From the human T2T-CHM13v2.0 reference genome, Homo sapiens: 64,000 nt of DNA. Where the stretch lies: assembly GCF_009914755.1 (NCBI RefSeq), contig NC_060927.1; one strand, given 5' to 3'. The notes beneath the pieces were generated by a model, which saw nothing but the letters and a program-made list of their open reading frames with translations, ran no database searches and was not told the DNA's origin. How positions within the stretch are numbered: position 1 is the first letter of the stretch; each line of letters starts with the position of its first letter. A program made the position numbers and the translations under genes. Shown here in pieces: positions 56,385-64,000 of this stretch.

Positions 56385-56720
56385 TACACAGACTGAATGT
56401 CTGTGTCCCCAAAAATTCATATGTTGAATTCCTAATGCCCACTGTGGGGCCTCTGGGAAGTAACTAGGTTTAGATGAGATCATCATAAGGGTGGAGCTGC
56501 CAGGTGGGATTAAAGCACTTATAAAAAGAGCAAGAGGCATGAGATCTATCTATCTCTGTCTTTCTCTCTCCCTCTCTCTTTCCCTTTCCCCCTGCATGTA
56601 TGTGTGTGCGCACACACACCAAGGAAAGGCATGTGAGGACAATATCCAGTAAGAGGGCCCTGACCATGCTGGCACCCTGATCTTAAGACTAATTTACTGT
56701 TTAACATAAGTTGAGAGGCA
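56385..56720 (+). mobile_element. MLT1A/B-like MaLR LTR
   Basis: gactgaatgtctgtgtccccaaaaattcatatgttgaattcctaa...ggccctgaccatgctggcaccctgatctt. Confidence 0.7.
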
Positions 56721-57049
56721 AGACATAAAAGGTGAACCAAAACATACAACATATTTAAGAAATAAACACTAAAGACCACATTGAAAAACTTACCTAGTCT
56801 CTGTCCCTTGACTCCATAGTTTTGGCCAAAGGAATACAACAGATGTGACCCCACTGAGGCTTGAATGTGCTTGCATTTCTCCTCTCATGCTCTGGTGCTC
56901 TGCTGATGCCATGAGGAGAACATACCCAGGCTAGCCCACTAGTTTCAGGAGGAGGACAGGAGGCACATGGGGCAGAGCCACCAGCCTAGATCAATGGACG
57001 CTATTAATGTGTGCTGCTAAACTTTTGTGGCTGGATAATAAAAGTGGGT

Positions 57050-57500
57050 CTGTTCCTATGACGGAATACTATACATCAATGAAAATGGACAAACCATAGC
57101 TGCAAGCAACCATAAGAACAGATCTCACAAAAGTAATGTTAAGCAACAGAAGCCAAATACAAAAGAGTACATAACGTATGCTTCCGATTTGTAAAGTTCC
57201 AAAATAGGAAAAATCTAATGTGTAGAGTTAGAATCTTGAAGCCGGAGTGGTGACTGAAAGAAACATGGGAGTTCCTATGGTTCCAGCAAGATTCCATTTC
57301 TTAATTTACATGCTTGTTAAACAAGTATGTTCATTTTCTGAAACTTAACCAAGTGGTACACTTCTGAGTTTTGTACTTTCTTGTACATGTTATATTTATT
57401 TTATTTGAATGTATAGTTTTTGTGACACAGGAGATATATATATTTATGGGGTACATGAGATGTTTTGATACAGGCAAGTACATATTATACTTAAATAAAA
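57050..57500 (+). mobile_element. Old L1M 3' fragment
   Basis: ggaatactatacatcaatgaaaatggacaaac...aagcaacagaagccaaatacaaaagagtac. Confidence 0.6.
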
Positions 57501-57542
57501 AGTTTGCATACTACTTAATCAAAGGAAAAAAGCAACACTTAC

Positions 57543-57795
57543 TGAGGTAAGGAGACACAGAAGGGCAGTTGTCAAGTTCTACCTTCTTCGTGGATGCTTC
57601 ATTAGTCAGAGTTTTTCCCTTCCCCAAAATGAGGGTCTTATGGAAATTAGCCATGAACTCCTTTGCTTTAGGAATCTCTTGAATGGCACCCACGAAGTAG
57701 TTACTGGTGGCCCACCCAACCACTGTCAGGCACAAAGTCAACAGCAACAGTAATCGGAATTTGTAGGAAAGGTGGAAAGTCAGGTTGAAGCCCAT
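57543..57795 (-). CDS. B4GALT4: Beta-1,4-galactosyltransferase 4, first coding exon (aa 1-85, type II TM anchor); exon extends as 5'UTR to 57940
   Basis: aaaacATGg Kozak context; MGFNLTFHLSYKFRLLLLLTLCLTVVGWATSNYF...CPSVSPYL; donor TCA|GTAAGT at 57543/57542; upstream acceptor ttttAG|57940. Confidence 0.98.
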
Positions 57796-58569
57796 GTTTT
57801 TTATTACGTGAATAATATCTATCTCTCTGCTTCACTGCAGGCAAGAAAGCTTCAAGTTGAGCTTTTCCAATCTGATTGCGAACTTGATGACAACTGAAGA
57901 TACAATGCCTGGTTTTTCTCAGTAGTTCTGCTCCAACAGTCTAAAACGCAATCACAAAAGACACGTTGTTTCAAATGGAAATTCTATCCTGAAATGATTC
58001 ACTCCAGCACAAACTGAAAACCCATCCCCGATGGACCTTGACTAACCGTAATGGTAGGTCTTCCACTTAGCATTTAGAGATTCGAAAACCAGAGGTTTTA
58101 GAGGTTCCAAGCATCAATACATCACAGAAGCACTCTCTAGTTTATCAGCCAGGCTGTCTGCCACCCAAGAAGGGAAGCAATTTCCAAATGTTGGACAGAA
58201 CAAATAGGCAAAGGAGACAAGGAGACTGCAAAGACCTGAGCTGGACACAGCCTAAGACATAGCCCTAATGGTTCTCTGCCTCAGTTGCCCCTTCCTGGCA
58301 CAGTTTTAAGGAGGATTTAAAAAAATGTGAAGCCTTGTTACAGAAGCACATTTTGACCCAAAGAGAAAATAAGGGAAAAGGGAAAAGTTCTTCTCCCCTG
58401 TGACAGCTAGAAAAACATGGTCCTCAACAACAGGGAATGAATGCTATATTCTCAAAGAGGCACTGGCACAGGGCACATTGCAATGGGGGCCAGGAGGGAG
58501 TCTGTCAAGAAACATTATGAGAATCCCAAACAGGAGGTCAACAATCTATCTGTAAGAATAACAAAACTA

Positions 58570-58770
58570 CAGCACAGTGTTTAAGATCAGGAGTTTGGAC
58601 TTAGACAGAAACTACAGCTCTACCACATAACAGCTACATAACCTTGGGCCAGTCATTTAACTAAGCCTCAGTTTCCTTATCTGTAAAATGGGGATAAAAA
58701 TAGTATCTACCTAGAAAAGTTATTGTGGGGCTTAGATGACCTAATTTATTAATATGTAAAGTGTTATCCC
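58570..58770 (+). mobile_element. MIR
   Basis: accttgggccagtcatttaactaagcctcagtttccttatctgtaaaatggggataa. Confidence 0.8.
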
Positions 58771-59384
58771 ACCTTGACCAACAAGTAGACACACTGAAAC
58801 ACCACTTTTTGTACTGTATTTCTCACTGTCAGCTGATAAATTGCCACTCTGATTTCATACTTCAGTAGCATGAGATGGGATAATATGAATTCACTTCTAA
58901 GAGGGGGCTATGCTCTTAATTATTGACAAAAATCATGTTTTTAAGACCACCTAGCTGAGGGCCCACCCTGGACCACAGAAAATACACTAAAGTGGTAAAG
59001 GCCACCTGACAAGGATACCTGGTTTGCCGCCAGCAACATCCACCATATCCTCTCTGTGTGGACAAATCACGTCTCTCCTCAAATTCTAAACATGTTCTCA
59101 GAAGAACACAGAAAATGCTAAAGCTAGGGCACAGATAATCTCCATAGACAAACATATTCTCAAACAAATAAAATGGAGACCAAAATATTTTCTATGCTAA
59201 ATAATCACATGGAAACACTTATGATTAAATCTTAAATGACAAAAAGAAAAACAGAAAGTAAGCCCTATATCTGTGCTATGATTACAACTAACAATATATA
59301 CAATTAAGGAAAGTCTAGAAAGCTAATAATAATTATATTAGGAGAATGGGATTAGCTGGGGTGGTTTATTTTTTCTCTTTTCTT

Positions 59385-59640
59385 TTTAGAATTTTTAATA
59401 ATATATTTTATATTTTTAATAATTTTTATTTTTATAAAATTTATTTTATAAATTTTATTTTATTTAATAATTTTTAATAGTATATTTTATAAAATATAAA
59501 ATATAAAATAATATATTTTATATTTTAATATATTTTATATTTTTAGAATTTTTAATATATTTTATATAAATGTATATATTTTTGTATATCACATATTGTC
59601 ATATTTACATATATTTTACATATATCATTTTATAATATGG
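59385..59640. repeat. AT-rich low-complexity tract
   Basis: Almost pure A/T with (TATTT)n and (TAAAA)n units. Confidence 0.9.
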
Positions 59641-60502
59641 CAGTCTTACAATGAAAACAAAGTGAATTTTTTTAATGGTGAATAGAGAGGCAGTAAGTAA
59701 CTGTAAAAAACAACAACCACCTCAGAAACTCTCAAGATAGTTTCACACTTACTAAAGGATACAACTCCAGAAATTTAGTTTCAGGTTAGTTTGAAGGAAA
59801 CCTAGAAAATATTTCTCTCTAAACACAATGCTATAGATGAAAAGGGAGGTTAGTTCTTGGGGAATGTTTGACCCAGGAAGCAATTAAACAATATGGCCTG
59901 TGTTCAGGGTCCTGTGAAGGTATCACAGGAAGTCAATGCTGAAAGCAGTAATAACAAATAAAAAGGGCAATTTATGTGTGCATTTACTCTGTGCCATGCA
60001 CTGGGGTAAAATCACTTATATTAACCTATGTAATTCTCATTTAACCATATGATGTAAGAATTACTAGTCTCATCTTACAGGTAAGAAAAGGAAAGGAAGG
60101 TTTGGAGAGATTTAAGTACCTTGCCAAAGCCCACACGACTAGTAAGTGGTAGCGTGGGGTCTCCGCCCAGGTGCTCAGCTCCACATCCTTCACATGGATA
60201 TTTCCTCTTTTCTCCCCTTGGTGCCTGGGTAGTCCCAACACAGACCCTTGAATATTCAGGTTCCCTTGGGGGCCTTCTACCTCTCTCCCACATCTGCCTT
60301 CCGTTTCCTAGGGACTGTCTGATCAAATGCCTTCCTGGAGGTCTGTTCTCTTCCCACCTGGTGACAGTAAGTCATCAGGTTCCTGGGGCCAATCAGACAA
60401 CCTCTTGTGGACTTAATTGTAGGAGGCTTAAATGCTAGGATTGGCAATTTTTAAAATAAGGATCTTAATCTTAGAAAATTCAGACTGGGAACATTGCTTA
60501 TC

Positions 60503-60810
60503 TTTATTTATTTTTTATTTTTATTTTTTGAGACAGGGTCTCACTCTATTGCCCAGGCTAGAGTGCCGTGGCACAATCTCAGCTCACTGCAACCTCTACC
60601 TCCCGGTTCAAGCAATTCTAGTGCCTCAGCCTCCCAAGCAGCTGGGATTACAGGCGTGCACCACTACGCCCAGTTAATTTTTGTATTTTTAGTAGAGCCA
60701 AGGTTTCACCATGTTGTCCAGGCTGGTCTTGAACTCCTGGCCTCAAGCGATCCATCCACCTTGGCCTCCCAAAGTGCTAGGATTACAGGTGTGAGCCACC
60801 GCACCCAGCC
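60503..60810 (-). mobile_element. Alu (AluJb/Sx-like)
   Basis: Full dimer; TSD ctgggaacat(t/g)gctt. Confidence 0.95.
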
Positions 60811-61068
60811 CTGGGAACATGGCTTTTCTAAGAGCTATTTTTAGAGGGAGAGTCCCCTGGAAGAGAGAATCGCCAAGTGGAAGGAGGTTATGACCATAAA
60901 ATTACTGCAGTGTTGAAATCAGAAAAGATCTTAAAGACCACACATCCACCTCCCTCATTCTACAGAGTGGGAAGAGATTTAAAAACCTACCCAAGGCACG
61001 GGGTACATGGGAAATCTCTGTATCTTCTGCTCAGTTTGGTTAAGAATCTAAAACTGTCCTAAAAAATA

Positions 61069-61307
61069 CAGCTGAACCTTGAACAACATGGGTTTGAACT
61101 GCACGGCTCCACTTATACTCAGATTGTTTTCAACCAAATGCAGACCAAAAATACAATATTCCCGGTATGCAAAACCTGTGTATACAGAGGGCCAACTTTT
61201 CCAATATGTGGGTTCCTCAGGGCTGACAAAAGGACTTGAGCATGCATGGATTTGGGTAGATGCAGGGGTCCTGGAGCCAATTCCTTCCATATACTGAGGG
61301 ATGACTG
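61069..61307 (-). mobile_element. MER8 (TcMar-Tigger MITE), full length
   Basis: 239 bp, CAG...CTG terminal inverted repeats, flanked by TA on both sides; internal sequence matches MER8 as I recall it. Confidence 0.85.
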
Positions 61308-61757
61308 TAATTTAAAAAAACAAAAACAAAAAAACCTATCCAAGAATAGCTGCAAATATTCATAAACTAATATTGCTCAACTGCAGCTTACAGACTCTGT
61401 TCAAAGGTAAGACATTTATTCTAAAAGCAAGGAGCCATTATTAATAATTACTTAAGTATTAGGCCTTCATTACTAATCCTGCTTCTGAGACATCTGACCC
61501 AGTTAAAAATAATTCTTACCTATCTTTCTAAGTCTAAGTGCTCTCCCAAAAACTGTACAGAGAGCCAGCATAAGGAAGTTCAGAAGTAAGGTTTCCTTGG
61601 CTCCTGTGAGTAAACATCTGAAGTGTGAAGGGTCTGTCATCTGTCTGTCCATCTATGTTTCAAGAAAGACCAGCCAAGTGACTGGAGGCAACCCCTCTCA
61701 CCGTTGTGTCCCAGCTATAAAATGATGAAAAATATTTATCTCACAAAGTTGCTCTAG

Positions 61758-62222
<465 letters not shown>

Positions 62223-63499
62223 TGATTTTTACTTTCTAACTCTGTAATTTCCATTTTTTCTTTTAATGAGTATGTAATATTTTTATAATTAGAAAAACAT
62301 AATGACTTTTTAAAGAAAGTTATTTTTAGGGCAAGTGACTCCTGGTTGGTGTTTGGGAAAGTGCCATCATATTGGATTTATTTACACTAACATTTAAGTA
62401 ATTGAGAGACCCTTAATTCTCACAAGAGTCTCAGAGTTATTTTCTTTTTCAGTCAAGGCTGTCTTGAAGTGCCAAGGGACTACATCATCAGTATTGAGAA
62501 CAAATTCAGGCAACATGAAAGAAGTTATTTAGGGCAAGATTTACCACTCTTTTCCTTTCTAGAAGTCTGCCCCGTAGTTAGTTAAAAATGGTCATGTTTT
62601 CATATTTGGTTTTCCTCCACTCAATTCAACCAGTCTTTTTCTGACTACCTGCTATTTTCAAGCAAAGGGAAAACCATATAAAGAGAATTAAAGCCTAGTC
62701 TTTGTACTCAGGGTTTATTTCTATCTTTTTCTAGATCTCAATGTCTGCAATTTCCTGTCAAATATGAGAACAACATCCCAAAGTGGGAGAACAGATGAAA
62801 CAAGACGGATAAAATACTGAGAAGTCTTGAATATAAGTGATAGGTACCTGAGAGTCCTTTCTTTCTCTCTACTTTTGTGAATGCTTGAGATTTTCCATAA
62901 TAGTTTTTAAAATCTGGCAAGGAAGATAAGCTATAACAAAAGGAAAGGAAACATAAGTGCTAAGTATCATTCTTGGAGAATCTCTAACCACACACATTTT
63001 TACTCCACTAAAGTGGGTGGGGAGGACACCATGTATCACTCTAAAAATATTTACTAAGCATTTGCACCAAGGAGAAAGGGTGTGTTCATTCGGCAGCTAT
63101 GAGCACCAAAATCAGCATTCCAACATCTCTGAACCTATCAGGTAATTTTGCAGACACAGGGCATGTGAGTGGGCTTGATGTTGTCCCAGGCACATGATCC
63201 TGATGCCTTGGGGCTCCCTGGGGCAACACCAGAAGAAAGACTGATTATTTTGCTACTCTTTTTACTCCTGCAGAGTTCCTAGGAGTTTACCTTTTACACA
63301 CACATTGCCCCACTTTCCTTAGGCCTTGGTATTCATTATCCCAATTACAACTCCTTTAGGAGACTTCTAAATGATCACTGGCCAGATCCTAAAGGGACAG
63401 TGGTTCCCTGGGCAGGGTAGGAATGGGATAAAAATGATGACAGCCATTTACATGTACAAGTCATTTAAACCCAGAGATTAAGCTCCTAACAGCCCAACC

Positions 63500-64000
63500 T
63501 AGAAGCATTTGAGTAATTTAAAAAAAAAATGATGGCACTGTATTTTAACCCATAGGATAAAGTGACTATCCACTAGTCTACACTGATAAAAATGATCAAA
63601 CAAATAAATGAATAGAAGAGAAGGGGCGGCTCTTTTCTTAAATTCCAACTAGTAAGAAAGTGAGCGATGGAAAAAAAATCACTCTCAGCAAACACCACTT
63701 AATAACTGTTGCAGACAAGGTTCACCAGTGGATGCTAAACTAACAGGCAAAAATTTGAGGATAAACAGTATAGTCTCAAAGTATCTCCCCCAAGATAATT
63801 CTTAACTACAAAGGGAAAGACAGTAACTTTGTAGTGGAGAAATCCAATCGCTCACCACAAGTTCATTCCACGATATACCTAACTGGTACTCTTCGAAGAA
63901 TCAAAATCATGAAAGACGAGGAAAAACTGAGGAACTATTTCAGATTGGAGGAGACTAAGGAGAAAGAAAAACTAAATAAAATGCAGGATCCTTGATAAAA
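63500..64000 (+). mobile_element. Old L1M (L1MC-like) fragment
   Basis: cccataggataaagtgactatccac...aaggaaagacagtaactttgtagtggagaaatcc...ggaaaaactgaggaactatttcagatt. Confidence 0.55.

Overview
Primate, almost certainly human, genomic DNA (Alu/L1/MIR/LTR-rich) containing two convergently transcribed spliced genes. On + is UPK1B (uroplakin 1B, a tetraspanin): a non-coding exon 1 ending at 1375 and seven coding exons from ATG 14452 to TAA 31683, which I spliced by hand to 260 aa. On - is B4GALT4 (beta-1,4-galactosyltransferase 4): six coding exons from ATG 57795 to TGA 40256, spliced to 344 aa, with poly(A) near 39450-39490; its promoter and first UTR exons appear to lie beyond the right edge. 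The rest is intronic or intergenic sequence with about 22 Alus, MIR/L2/L1 fragments, several solo LTRs (LTR16, MLT2, THE1, MER67-like, MLT2A) and DNA transposon fossils (MER3, MER5, Charlie1, MER8). Nearly all ORFs in the supplied track are spurious. I found no convincing new biological system. The observations worth checking are candidate unannotated 5'UTR exons and a microexon, an unexplained 28-bp dispersed direct repeat, all-phase-0 UPK1B introns, nested or same-site transposon insertions, an intact MLT2A LTR, a strong CTCF motif and possible antisense splice signals. Gene and repeat-family names come from recognition of the sequence, not from database searches.
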